Of a stretch of DNA of 64,000 nucleotides, positions 29,493-43,239 are shown piece by piece. This DNA is from Octopus vulgaris (taxonomy: Eukaryota): assembly GCA_951406725.2 (NCBI GenBank), contig OX597831.1:21204001-21268000 (forward strand). Reading direction: 5' to 3'. The notes beneath the pieces were generated by a model. That model saw only the letters and a list, made by a program, of their open reading frames with translations. It was not told the DNA's origin and ran no database searches. The number at the start of each line of letters is the position of its first letter. Position 1 is the stretch's first letter. Position numbers and translations under genes: made by a program.

Positions 29493-29946
29493 GGCAATAT
29501 ATATTGCGAGAGTGAGACACTGTCCGAAAGTTAGAAATATAGAAAACTCTAGGAGAAAACTTATTCTTTATAGTTTGTTTTTTTAATGTTTGTTTGAAAT
29601 CTTTTTTTTTATTTTCCTCGTTTCTGTCTGTGTTAAGGTTATATTTTTCAAACTTCACCTTTTTTTTTTGTTAGTTGTTTTTATACTCTTCGTTTTTCTG
29701 TCTGCACTTACACTCACACGGAAAGCTTCTTTCGAAATATGGTTTGCGATTCTTCATAAAAATATTGCTTTACTATTCACTTTTAGAATGGAATTATAGA
29801 TACTTGAATATATGACAATGGAGGTTTTCCACTTTGGGGTGATTTGCAGTTTAACAGTAATTTGTTACTGCTCGTTTTACTGCATAGACATTTCCAAATA
29901 AATATGTTATTAAATATTTATCTCTAAGAGACACTTCGAGTGGTTT

Positions 29947-29960
29947 CTGAAAAAAAAAAA
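29947..29960 (-). promoter_or_regulatory. Probable 3' splice acceptor of a 5'-UTR intron of the GPCR
   Basis: The minus strand reads a run of 11 T followed by CAG|AAACC. The exon would start at 29946, about 650 nt upstream of the first ATG. Confidence 0.55.
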
Positions 29961-30013
29961 CGCAAAGCAAACAAATGTATGTATGTATGTATGTATGTAT
30001 GTATGTCTGTATG

Positions 30014-30056
<43 letters not shown>

Positions 30057-31125
30057 TTTCAAGTATATTATATTCGTATGTATACTATTATATATTAATG
30101 CAAACGTGAAATTGTAAGAATCGCTCAAACAGTTAATACATGATCACTAAAGCACTTATGTATGCCGACGCCAATTGTCTCATTTTGTTTTATATAACGT
30201 ATGTCTTCTTTATGTTCGGAATACCTCAATAGCATGAAGAAATATTAGATTAGCAAAAGTCTTGTAGCTATCTTATCGTTGATGGAGTTAGTTATTTTCC
30301 TTCAGTTTATTATTATTATTATTATTATTATCAGCGATATTTGCATTTGTTTGTAGATGGCTATCACGTTTCTATCATCTTTTCAATTTAACCCACTTGC
30401 TGTGATGATAAAGTCTTCTTGCATAATTTCACTTGAAATTGTTCCAGAATGATCCTAGCATGAATTCCAATCTCTTTTTATCATTCATTGCTTCTTGTTT
30501 AAATTTGATGATTTTATATTTGGTTCTTTTAGTTTTTAAGATAGTTTATATAAAATGAAATTATGCTTATAAAACAAATTTCAGGAAGTTACATTCAAAT
30601 TATTTGTCAAAAAGAGGAGAAAAATTTATTCAAATGCCGTAAAATTCGCAAAAGAAATAAAGTTATAAAGAAATCCAGTGTTCTGTCGGTTTATAATAAT
30701 TTTTCCACGTATTTTCTCCAAATATATTATTATACTTGTTACTGTTGCAGTTGTTGTTTTGTTGTAGTTGTTGTTCTGTCTATTTCGTATATTTATAAGT
30801 CGTAGTGTTTAAATTAGCCTTAATGCTTGACTCCTCGAGTAAAACATTAATTTTACAGGAATCATTAAGTCACAATATTTTGTAAATTTTGGTATTTGCA
30901 GCTTATTTTCGATTCACCACTCCATTATTGTCATAGAATTGTCATAAAATGTCTTCCTCAACACAGCTTTGACGATGATGCGAGTGGAGTAAATTGAAAT
31001 GAAATTTATTTAACAGCGTATATTTATTCTTGTTCCGGTTGTTTCTCTTTATAGCTTCAAGTTACATCCCATACATGCTCAATCTCTCGTACATATAATG
31101 AAATATAATACTACATATATATACA

Positions 31126-31167
<42 letters not shown>

Positions 31168-31705
31168 ATATTATATTATTGTTCCGTTTCTTTAATTTCT
31201 CGTTTTTTTTATTTTATTAGGAATCAGAAACTATTTTAGCTCAACTGATTTTTTCTCTGGTTTTTTAATCACTGAAAATAACAAGAATATCGATAACAAG
31301 AACAGGAACGAAAGTAAAACAACACCAATAACAATAAGAAGAACACCAAGAAACCCGTTACTTGTTAGCCGTTTCGCACCAATCACTACGACATCGATGT
31401 GAATATCACAGTGAGTGTTTATGTGATGGGGTGCTTGCTACAGATCATTTAACACTTAATTGTAATGTCCATTCGAATGACTGGACGATGAACAGGTTAA
31501 TATAGTTTTTGACATTTATTTTTATCAATCGTATTGATTGAATAATGTATATGTATGCGTTGATGTTGCTGTTTTTTTATATTATTATTATTATTATTAT
31601 TGAAATTTCATACAGATACAATTTTTTTATTGCTTTTCGTTGGAAAGGAAAAGCATTCCTGTCATCACCATCCAGTCCTACAATTTTGTATCTGCTACTC
31701 TCAGC

Positions 31706-31748
31706 CCGCCCTAATTTTAGAGGGTAATGTATGATCTAAACTGATTGG
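31706..31748 (-). promoter_or_regulatory. Candidate promoter motifs (CCAAT box plus GC box) upstream of the GPCR
   Basis: Minus-strand CCAAT (31744-31748) and GGGCGG (31706-31711) lie close together in otherwise very AT-rich, TE-poor DNA. These are short motifs only. Confidence 0.2.
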
Positions 31749-31881
31749 CTCATTAATTATATCTGCTTCTAACAGAGCGATCGACCACTTATATTGAGAA
31801 TGCTACTTTGTCTTCAATGCAGTATACTCAATACAAATAAATGCCCAGTCAGTTTTATCTATCTATCTATATATATATATA

Positions 31882-31920
<39 letters not shown>

Positions 31921-32975
31921 AGAGATAGATAGATAGAGAGAGAGAGATGAGAGAAATAAAGAGAGAGAGAGAGACAGACAGATGGATTGATAGATAGTAA
32001 TAAATTATCAGTATCTACTTTGTACTACCATACAGTTTCTTTACTGAAATACACACATGCGCACAAACTAATTGGTATGATAGAGAGAGAATCAAGAAAA
32101 GATTATTTGTCTCTATGAGTGTGTGAATCCATATGCTTGCGTGCGTGTGTATGGGGGTAGGTGTGTTAAATTGATAGGAGAAATATTTTAAAACTTCTTT
32201 TAAATGTCAAAGAAAATATGAAAATATTAAGATATTCTTTTGTATTCTATTATATTTCATATATTTACAACTGTATTTTATGAGTTGATAAAATATTATG
32301 CGTCATTTGTCATGCGTGTATATATAAATATATAGAGACAGGTGTGTACCCGTGTATATGTGCTTATATCTTTTACTTAATCGTATGGATTCTTCACATA
32401 TCCCTACGTAATTCTTGGTATTTTAGCTCTTCATTTAACTTGTTAAATATCATATCAGATGGAGGATATAGACACACATATGTGTGTGTATGTGAGTGTG
32501 TTTGTGTGTATGTAAATGTATTATTTCCTTTTTAGGTTTGTGCAGATGTGTGAGAGTGAATGTGTGTGTGTGTGTGTGTGTGCTTTTGTATGTATTTAAA
32601 AATACTTATGTATTTCCTGCAACGATCATTTCCTGTTGATGCGAGGATGCGCTCGTATGTTCAAATCATGCTGGGTCTAATAACATTTTATTATTTTGCG
32701 ATGACAGGGCGCTCCGCTTGTTTTTTTTTGTTACTTTTGCTGTGAACTTTTTCTTTTCTCCTACATGCGTACAATTTGGTTTGTTTAATAAATAGAGATT
32801 TTAAATATATGTAGCATTTATATTTATCAACATGGTGGGTAAATTTTTGATTAATGCAGTCTCCTATGGTAGTGGTGTTCCAGCGTGGGCTGTTATTTAA
32901 TACTTTTTTAAACTTAAAATTAAAATAATCAAATGCTTATATATGTGTATGTACGTGCGTATATATGTATATATG

Positions 32976-33006
<31 letters not shown>

Positions 33007-35630
33007 TATATGTATATATCTATGTATGCATGTATCTATGTATGAATATGTTTGCGAATTAAAATATTTTCTCTCAAGCACGATATTCACTAATATTCTT
33101 TAGGTACTCCACATAGAAATACATCCAATTCGGCAAAGTAAGAACTTAATAATATGATTTCCATGAATATAAATATTTTCCTTTTTTCTTTTGACAGGTC
33201 ATTCTGTCATAATGCTTTTGTTCAATGTACAGAAATATATCCACATTCATATATCCAGGAATATTTTACCAATTACCATTAAACTGGCTTGAATAATATA
33301 TATATACACACCAGAAACTTGGTCAATTTCTTTCAAAAATTCTTATAAATTTCCGTATGCAGAGTAGTGGAAAATTCCAGAATAGTTTCTTTGATATTCT
33401 TTTAATATAACTCTTCTGTTGATAGTAACAGAAATGATTATTATTTATATGATTATTATTATTATTATTATTTTTGCTTTATAAATAATTCAAGTCTGAG
33501 GGGGGAAATGGTTTTCAATAAAATGGAACACTAGATTAGGAGAATTATAATTTTATACATATGCGTCTTTGAAGGTATTAGTCTTTTCTTTTGTACATAA
33601 TTCGTGTTAATAAATATATTATAAATTACGCTTATAGTCGTATTAATACTATTAATAATAGAATTATTGTCATTGTTAGCAAAAATATTAATAACAACGA
33701 TGAAGATAAATTTGGTGAGAATGGAGAGATGTGTATATGTTTCTTGCGCATACTTTCCAAAAATAACTATCTCAAGTTTTCTTGCTTATCTTGAAGCGAC
33801 ATAAAAAATATTTCAGTCAGTTTTTAGTTAGAGAAAACCACAATTGTTTGGTAGTTTCAAAGAAGTACATTCAAGAGGAAATTAAAATATTTACACTTTT
33901 CAGTAGACGGTGTTCGAACAGCTTCTTCCATGAAAAAATATAGGAGTATATAACACAACAGTTATACTTTTGCTTATTTTCACATTAATTGGTTCAGTCT
34001 GAAAATTTCACGTACCCCGATGAAATAAAATGTTAGTCAAATATCAGTGTGAATTAAATTCAAAATATCCACGTTTATTTTTCCAACAAATTTCTGGTAC
34101 GATGCAAAAATTAGAAGCCGGGTGCTTTTTTGTTCGTTGTTAAATAGTATGATTTATGAACTATGAATAAATACTGGTTCAATTATTTCACATTATTATC
34201 ATCGTAAAAAGAATTGCAGGTTAGAATAATACTTAGGGCTCAATTGGTTTATCTTATTATTTATTACGCCTTGGTGATATGTATAAGAGTATACATATAT
34301 ATTCCTATATATATATACATACATATATATATATATATTTATATATATTAGCACTTGGATAATTCTTTTTGTTTTTCTGTAATTGAGTTTTCAATACATT
34401 TCATTTTCTTCTGCGTGTTTTGAAGAGGAATTTCGGTAATGGTTTTTAAAAAAATTTTACTTAATTCCTCCTAAGGTAATATAAATACATTTATATTTTT
34501 TTTATCTGTAAGAAATATTCTGGGCAAAGCAAGAGCAAATAGATGCAAGTTCGTTGCTGAAGAAAAAAAAAATAATGATAATAATAATAATAATAGTTGC
34601 AATAGTAAAGGTAGTAGTAGTAGTAGGAACGACAAAGGAAAATAGAGTTTCTTAGTGGTGATAGTAATAATTATAGAAGCAAATTATTTGCTATGGGTCA
34701 TCTTTGACCAGAAAGAAACAAGAGAAAAGTTAAAAAGCCAGAACTCCTCCAGGTTTGCTGGTTGTTGACCAATGCGCAAACACTCAATCGAAAGCTGAAA
34801 TGCTGTTAGATGTTAGTTATTATCCACGTATCATATAATTGATCGGTATTTCTATTGCAATGCTTATTGAAGCTAATTAACTTCGGCTGAATGAAACAAG
34901 TGTAACAGAAGAAACTGGAATGAATTTGATTGTAAAATTCGATATAATTCATATTGCACTATGCTTACGTTGTCGTGACAGGGGCAAAAATTACGAAATG
35001 ACAGGACGTGTTATTTTCATATATCACAGATGGTATTTAGATGAGAAAAATATAGGAACACACGGAGACACATATGTGTGTATATGTGCATATACGTGTG
35101 TGTGTGTATGTGTTTTCGTGTATGAGAGTGTGTGTGCCTTTTGATATAAGCGGGTAGTTAGAGTGACGAATATGCGTCGTTGTGGGTGGATATATGCGTG
35201 ATTTGAAATTTCTTATCAAATGTAAAAGAAAATGGTGTAAAATCCGCTGTTTTTGTCGTTTGTTGCTTTTTTTTAACGACGAAAGATAATCCTCTTTAGA
35301 CTGCTTTAATTCTTTTTTTTCAAGCAATCTTGGTTGGCTTCGATATTCCTGGTTGCATAGACATTCAGCTTGGAACTCAATCAGTTTAGTTTGTCATCCA
35401 ATGTTGCCGCTAAATAGTCATCCATTGAGATGGTTTACTTGCATACCATTTCCAGGCTTCCTAGAAATAAACAATAAATAATGATGAATAAATTTATATA
35501 AACACTCAATAACAATAAGTATATATAAGTTAAAAAAATAAATAAAAAAGATTTGGTTCAGCATTTCTAACCACAAATGTACAATATTTACTAGATTCAT
35601 TAAATTAGTCTATTAGTGAAACTATAGAAA

Positions 35631-35801
35631 TATTCTGTTGTGTCTGGGGAGAGTCATTTTCTTTTTGTGCCTTATAATGTAACACACTCACCGCTAAAAT
35701 TTCCACTAAATTCTTATTTTTAATTTCCTAAAATTCTACCGGTGAGTATGTTACATTATAAGGGAAAAAAGAAAATGACTCTCCTCAAACACAACAGAAT
35801 A
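35631..35801. repeat. Fold-back inverted repeat with ~63-bp arms
   Basis: TATTCTGTTGTGTCTGGGGAGAGTCATTTTCTTTTT..CTCACCG pairs with CGGTGAG..AAAAAGAAAATGACTCTCCTCAAACACAACAGAATA. Confidence 0.85.
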
Positions 35802-36603
35802 TACTTCAACACACGAACTCATATAAAGAACCATGCAAACCAAATGCAAAAACGAAATATAGAAATATTACTTTCTCAGGTTTGTTATGTTGTGGTATTG
35901 AAACTGGAACCTCATGATTGCAAAGCAAACATCTTATCCGTTTAATATTACCGCGCATAGAATAAATCAATGCTGTTTTTTAGAGTAGATACGTTAAATG
36001 AAAAGTGATCCGAGTAAATCCAATATTAGAAAAAAATGTTAGTTGGATAAGGTTTTCTTTTTATTCAGTATTCAGTTTAAACAGATCATGAACATGAAAT
36101 GAAATTTAATTAGTATTAATAATTACTATTAGTTTTACGTTTCAGTGTTTACATCTCACCAAACGTCAACTGTCTTTGTCATGTTTACGGGGTCGATAAA
36201 GTAAATACCAGTGGAGTGCGGAGGTCGATGAAATGAGGTAAATGCCTGCACCCTAAAATTTCTGAGCTCTTAAAATTGCTGTTGCTGCTGTTGTTGTTGT
36301 TAAGCAACACGATGGGTAAGGATGATTAGGTGATGGTCTAGGGCTTAGGGACGGGAGACCCCAGACCTTGGAAAAAAAAACTTCGGTCGTCTTGTTGTAG
36401 TCGAGGTCTCTTCATTGACGCCCGACGCCACTGGGAGGAGGCCCTCGAAGTCGCTGGAAATGGAGATCTCCAAGTCCAAATTCTTGGCCGGCTGTTGTGG
36501 CTGTTGCTGCACTTTTTGTTGTTGTTCGTCTTCTTCTTATTATTATTCTTTCTTTCTTCTTCTTATTATTATTCTTTCTTTCTTCTTCTTATTATTATTA
36601 TTA

Positions 36604-36775
36604 AGGCGGCGGTATTACGTCTGTTTTCACGTTCTAAGTTCAAAAGACACCGGGATCGACTTTGCCTTTCATCCTTTCGAGGTCGATAAATTAAGTACAT
36701 TTTACGCACTGGGGTCAGTGTAATCCTCTCATCCCTTCTCCCCACTATTTCAGGTCTTGTAGAAAGGATTATTAT
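36604..36775 (+). mobile_element. SINE family B variant
   Basis: GACTTTGCCTTTCATCCTTTCGAGGTCGATAAATTAAGTAC..GCACTGGGGTC. Confidence 0.7.
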
Positions 36776-36784
36776 TACTATAGC

Positions 36785-37610
36785 CTGGACGGAGATGTGT
36801 TTTTGGAGCGCTGTAAGTTTATATTTAATTTGCTTGTTTTAAAAGGTTCTATACATTATTTTGTTGGTTAAATCGTTTAGCAAACCAGCTGCCCTTCTGG
36901 AGTGCTGACGTTTGTTACCAAAGCTCCATTTTCGGGGTGATACAAAGCGTTTTGCATTCAAATTTCTTCGAAAACTTGCTTCGAAGGAAGTAAACATTGA
37001 AAGATAGGACGAGAGTGGACGGTGCTACGGCAATTTGCACGAGGACTCCGCCGTCCTCCCCGCCATAACTGGTACTAGACAGCAGGAAACAAAAGAAGAA
37101 GAAGAAGAACAACAACAACAACAGCAGCAGCAGCATCAACAACAACAACAAGTGAAGTGGCAAGACAAGATGAAAGAAGAGGTAAAGCGAGAGGAAGGAA
37201 GGAAAATTGCATTAGCAGACACAGCAGTATTGAAAGCGACTGCGAAGCGTCTAACAAAGATGGAGTTAGCGATGGGAAAGAAACTTTCACAAATATTATG
37301 GCAGCCAAAGAATGGGTTAACATCCCATGGAGAGCAGAATAGAAAAAACTAAACAAGGTTGCAGAATTTATGAAAATTAATGGAAAGAGGGCAAAATTGA
37401 CGCCCCCAAATGACCTGCTCGAAGCAACAGCGAAACGAACAGTCGTCTTCAGGTGTGTAAACACAAAGACGAGGAAGCTCGAAAATACTGAACATGACAT
37501 GATGGAAAAAGCTTTGAAAGATATATGGCAAGATATCCACCATGTTTGGAGAGCGAGGCTGTACGGCGGAGGAGAGATCTTCTTTTTAAGTCCGAGGAAC
37601 AGGTGATACA
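36785..37610 (+). mobile_element. Probable 5' part (ORF1 remnant) of a non-LTR retrotransposon
   Basis: Purine-rich, coding-like composition with two consecutive broken ORFs (37035-37352 and 37370-37606; LEATAKRTVVFR..TRKL). The family assignment is from memory and has no catalytic motif to support it. Confidence 0.35.
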
Positions 37611-37684
37611 TCTTATAGAGATACTGTGAGAGAAAGGAAGGAAGAGAGATAGAAGAGAGAGAGAAATTTAACGTATGAGATGCA

Positions 37685-38225
37685 AAAATATTTCAGTTTT
37701 ATTCATTTAATTGGCCACAAGGGCTTTACAATGAAAGGAAGCTGCGGACTGGAGACGGACATAATGGGATGGAATGATTAACGATATGATAATAATGAGG
37801 GCAACAGCATCGCCTGCCGATTGCTGTTTACCCGAGCATATTGTTCTTTTATAAAACATTTCGAGGCAACAAACCTCTTACATAATAACACATTCAGGAG
37901 GCAATAGATCGCTTACATTAATGACATACAAAGCCATCTTGAGGCAATAAACCTCAAGAAACCCCCATTTAGGTATCAAAAATACAATCTTCTTGCCCGA
38001 CCAGACTCCTCGCCTCAGCAACACACTTGGACGTCTCCAAGTCGGGCCAATTTAATATATTATAAATCTGTAGGTATACCTGGGGAAGGAGTCCATTATC
38101 CTGAACAGGTCGTTCTCCCTCACGACCTTCGCGGTCACCTACGAAGTGAAAAAGATTTCACTTACGCAGTTAGGAGGCCGGTAAAGAGGAAAACATCGCC
38201 TCCTACACAAAGGAAGTGAGAGATA
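37685..38225 (-). mobile_element. Probable LINE 3' fragment
   Basis: The minus strand ends in AGCCCTTGTGGCCAAT..AATAAA, similar to the SINE-B tail and to the 17360-17545 tail. Confidence 0.3.
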
Positions 38226-38429
38226 AAGGGTCATTGAGAGATGAGGGAGAGAGGTAGAAAATGAAGACGTATTTATAGGAGGTATTATGCAAATGATAAA
38301 TTTGTTTCATTTAATTTAGTTGTTCTATAATAAATATATACTCTTGAAAGATAATATTCATTTTCTATTAAACCTCGAAATTTAATAAATGCTAAAATAT
38401 AATTATTGCATGTAAGCTAAATTTTCTAA

Positions 38430-38574
38430 TATTAGGTTGTCCCAAAAGTTCGTAAACACTTGCGAAAATTGAATTTTTACTCGCCAAGTACTAACAAAAA
38501 CAACAAAAATTATTCCTCAAAGTAAAGACCATTATTTTCCAAGACTTTCTACGAACTTTTGGGACAACCTTATA
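38430..38574. mobile_element. Mariner-type MITE
   Basis: TIRs TTAGGTTGTCCCAAAAGTTCGT and ACGAACTTTTGGGACAACCTTA, with TA at both ends. Confidence 0.8.
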
Positions 38575-38647
38575 CAACCAGTGGTATTAAAAGTATACTA
38601 CCAAAGTTATCTCCCATATGATGGGGAGAACTTTAATTCTACAATAT

Positions 38648-39052
38648 TAGTTTCAAATTTTGGTACAATGCCGATCACGTTGACCCACTGTTCAACTGGT
38701 ACATCATTTATCGACTCCTAAACGATGAGCGGCAAAGTCGACCTTGGCAGAATTTGAACGCTGAACGTAAAGACGGACGAAATACCGCAAAGTATTTTAC
38801 CCGGCTTGCTAACAATTATACCACCTCTCCTTCTTAGAATTTGTTTGAAATGTTGGCTCAATGTCAGAAAGTTCATGTGAGAGGACAAATTGATTATATA
38901 GGCCCCCCTTTTGTTTAACTGTTACATATTTTATCGATTCCTAAAGGATGAAGAACAAAGTCGACATCGGAGGAATATGAAAGCAGAACGTATAGACAGA
39001 CGAAATGCTGCTAAGAATTTTACAGGGCGTAGTAACTATTCTGCCTGCGCCG
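38648..39052 (-). mobile_element. Two tandem diverged SINE family B copies
   Basis: Twice TTTATCGA..AAAGTCGAC..GAACGTA..GACGAAAT (38648-38830 and 38860-39052). Confidence 0.7.
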
Positions 39053-40390
39053 CGTCTTCTCTAGTTCTCGAAATATATTAAATATTAGTTTTATTGACTA
39101 TTGGATAAATTTTAGTTATTTATTAATTTGCCAGCATCGTTATCTTTTCACACTTTTCGTATCATCGTTAATCTCGATAATGATGCGAAAAAAATTCCCT
39201 TGCAGATTTCACTTACTGTATCGGAGAGGCGTGAAATGGAATTCTTTTCAACACTCTTACGCCATCGTATCAGAATCAATACATATCTCAGTTTGTTGCT
39301 TATTTGTCGAACAATTATATTTACGGGACGTATACTGGCTCAGCAAAAACCACACCACTTTTATATCTAAACATCAACACAGTCATTGACGCAAGCAAAT
39401 GCGTGTGTGTGTGCGAATGTATATATGTGTGTATGTGGGTGTATATGTGTGTGTCTGTGTGTACATATTTGTACGCGTGTGTACGTGTGTGTGTCCGTGC
39501 GTTGAGAAATCCCGTAACACTTGTTTCGGTGACTTGGTAATCTCTAACGGAAATTAATGCGACATTGAAACACTTCTAACGTCGTTCCTTGAATGATGAA
39601 TATAGAAACCCTTCACCATTCTGATATTTTGAGCACTACAATGAAAGAATTCTTCATCTCAATACATTAGCTAACTATCCATTGTGCGCATGCTCGGGTG
39701 TATATATAAATATGCGCGTGTCCGGAGTAGGACAAGCAGGACAAATAGAACCCCCTTATAAATTAAAAAAACCTGATACAAATGCGAAGAACTGTGTGCA
39801 TGACTTCTAATAGGGGAGATCAACTTCATATAAGTTGAACTATCACTATGGTTATCATTAGATTGTTCAAGAAATAACTTATAATTCGAGTGTGTTGTTA
39901 GAAATGCCTAGTTTTCAGAATATTGTATCCACTAGGAGCTAAAATAAAAAGGACAACAAAATACACACACACACACACTCACACGCACACACAAACATAC
40001 ATACATTCACACATACACATACACATAGATGTATACATTTACATGCCCACTAGTAGCGAATGATGAGAATGAGTGTTCGATACTGCATTGGCGGGTAAAT
40101 GTCTTCAATTTTTAGAGCAGCAGGGCAACAAATGGTTTCATGTAGAAAATTTATTTACACTTACTCAAGCGACCCACTTAGGAATTTGGGCTCAGAATTC
40201 TCAAGATTACGCGTGATTATACGGGATTTCAAAATAAAAATAAATACTGACGTCAGGGTGGGTAAGAATATATTAATTGTTATCTATCTATCCCCATAGA
40301 TTGATTATTTCTTTAGTATCTTATACGAGAATGTTCATGGCCCTCCATATGTATATACTTTATTAAAAAGCACCAAAGATATCACAAAAA

Positions 40391-40430
40391 ACTGTTACTC
40401 AGAGTTTCACGTTCCCGTTTGTCGGACGAT
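40391..40430 (-). ncRNA. Degenerate hammerhead motif
   Basis: Minus-strand parse: ATCGT | CCGACAA | ACG-GGAA-CGT | GAAA | CTCTGAG | TA^ | ACAGT. Helix II is capped by a GNRA loop and helix III is near-palindromic; the core and helix I are mutated. Confidence 0.45.
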
Positions 40431-40562
40431 TTTTGTTGCTTTTTCATAAAGCATATTACTCTACCTCTGTTATACGAGTACTATTTTTTCCACCTTGTTT
40501 CACATTTATGTGCATACTTTGGTATATACATAAATAATGATAATAATAATAATAATAATAAT

Positions 40563-41215
40563 AATGGACAAGAAACAATAAATCATATTATCTCTAGCTG
40601 CCCAGTCCTGGCTAAGAAGGAATATATTCACAGACATGACAGAGTTGGAACCTACATACATTGGAAGCTATGCCAACATTATGGAATAACAACAGAAAAA
40701 AGATGGTATAGGCACACACCAGAAAAGGTCACAGAAAACGAGAAAGCAACCATACTCTGGGATATGCCGATACACACAGATAGAGAAATTAAGGCCAACA
40801 GACCAGATATAGTTGTCAGAGATCATGAAGAACAAAAATGCTTTCTAATTGATGTATCAATACCGGCAGATGACAACGTGTCTCTAAAAGAAATGGAGAA
40901 ACTCTCAAAATACAAAGACCTGGAAATAGAGGTAATTAGAATGTGGAATCTGAAAACAGAAACAATTCCTATCATAGTAGGTGCATTAGGCATGATAAAA
41001 AATATTCAGACAAATACATAACAAAAACACCAGGACTTACAAACACATATAACATACAGAAAATTGCACTACTAGGCACTGCACACATCCTACGCAGAAC
41101 ACTTTCCATACAATAACCATCAGAGCATCACAACAAATCACAGCACATACCCAAGGCACACAGAGCTGCGCTCGGTAGTGAAGTGAAAGCACGCTATAAT
41201 AATAAAACTACTGAA
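40563..41215 (+). mobile_element. 5'-truncated R4/Dong-like non-LTR retrotransposon (restriction-like endonuclease domain plus 3' UTR)
   Basis: ETINHIISSC (end of a CCHC knuckle), RHD, ILWD, RPDIV..IDVS..K..KY and IPIIVGALG. A frameshift near 41000 continues to QKIALLGTAHILR. Flanked on both sides by (AAT)n. Confidence 0.88.
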
Positions 41216-42395
41216 TAATGATAATAATAATAATAATAATAATAACACACACATTGTGCGTTTCATGATATTTGAGTATGTGTATATTATAATTTTGAGG
41301 ATTTCACAGGTTTGGGATCTCAAATTTGGTCCATGAAATTGTAAGTTTAAATGTATATGTATTTATATATGTTTTTATGAATTTGCTACAGTTCATAAAC
41401 TCTTGTGCCTTTCTTGTGAGAAATATTAAACTGCATCAGGTTGTACGTATCCAGTTTGTGAGATCAAGAATGCAGTTAACCTCTTTAGCTACAAATATTT
41501 TCTGATTTACACTGGCCGGCGTATGATACTTGTCAATGACCTCAATTATCGGTCAATTAACAGAAGATAGCTCTGTAGAAACAACCTATGGAACTCAAAC
41601 GACCCACGGCACGTAGAAATGTATCCCACAGGCCCAATCGTTCGTGCACATGCCTTGATATCATGAGAATCAGTGCTCTTGCCTATCGATTAAATTTGGA
41701 CATGTACCTTAAGTGTGGCCGTAGAAGAAAAGGGAACCAGTAAAGTAAACTCTATATAAACTAGCTGGAGGCAATGGAACACTATTCGTGTATCGTTACC
41801 CGAGGGAAATCAAGAATTTTTCAGTTTTAATATGGAGATCCATGATCGGCAACGTCCGTAGGTACGACACACGAATTGTGAGAGCGGGAATATGTGTGTG
41901 GATATTTACCCACTTTAACAGGTTATCTATATATGCCTTGAATTACAATATTTTCTGTAAAAATATTGGTGGAATAATATCTATTAATCAGTGATTAATA
42001 GGAAATATCAGCTTTGATTATTCAATGCTTCATCGCTCTAGTCACGAACGGTAAGAAAATTGAGAGAGAAAAAAAGAAGATATATTGGTTTTCTATACAA
42101 GAAGAACAAAATGTTTCTAATTTAAAGCAAGAGATATAAATTAGAATTTGCAACGTTACTTCATGTGCCAGAGGAAATAACAACATAACTGATGAGGTGT
42201 CGAGGGAGCCTATCAATATGGATGGATGGAAAAATAAGGATGCCTATATCCATGAATACATACAAAATACATATATACACTCATACATGTATACGATTAT
42301 ATAATCGTATGAATGGGTTTTTATATATATATATATATATACACACACATATATATACACACATATATATATACATATTTATACATATATATATT

Positions 42396-42429
<34 letters not shown>

Positions 42430-42809
42430 TATATATTTAAATATATATATGTATATAAATATATATATAATATATGTACGTATGTATGTATGGAAATAAG
42501 CATACATACATACGTACATATACGTCATCAACGCAGTGTAAGGATTCTAATATGTATCTTTTATTTTATGCTTGAAGGAAAATTATATTGAAATATTTTT
42601 AATATCTCTCTACTGCATATAACTCTTATTAATTTAAGCGATCGAGTATCTCTCAAAATATCTTGTAAATTGTAATTAGGATCACTTGTGTTTCAAGTTC
42701 AAATATCATTGGGTAAAATTCGCAATTTATCATTCCACATCAGATAAACTAATGTAACGGTCATATATAAAGAATGATGTACTCGGTCACTGTATTCCGC
42801 TCAATGTTC

Positions 42810-42948
42810 GCTTGTTTACCAACCACATGGTTCAGGGTTCAGTCCCACTACCTGGCACTTTGGGTAAGTGCCTTCTACTATAATCATGGGCCGACCAAAG
42901 CCTTGTGAGAGGATTTGGTAGACGGAAACTGAAAGAAGCCCTTCGTAT

Positions 42949-43025
<77 letters not shown>

Positions 43026-43136
43026 AATATATATGTTTGTGTGTCTGTGTTTGTCCCCCAACATCGCTTGACAATCGATGGTGTGTTTACGTCCTCGTAA
43101 CTTTGCGTTTCAGCAAAAGAGACAGATAGAATAAGT
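42810..43136 (+). mobile_element. SINE family A, partial
   Basis: ACCAACCACATGGTTC..GACGGAAACTGAAAGAAGCC-(TA)n-..GATAGAATAAGTA. Confidence 0.85.
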
Positions 43137-43180
43137 ATATATATATATATAATTTTTTTGTGTTTCAGCTCAGAGCTGCG

Positions 43181-43221
<41 letters not shown>

Positions 43222-43239
43222 GCATACATATGTACATAT

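Noticed and set aside
37035-37352. Poly-E/Q ORF as a host gene exon
   Set aside because: It has no ATG start or clear splice signals, is broken relative to the next ORF, and lies in a TE cluster. A retroelement ORF1 remnant is more likely.
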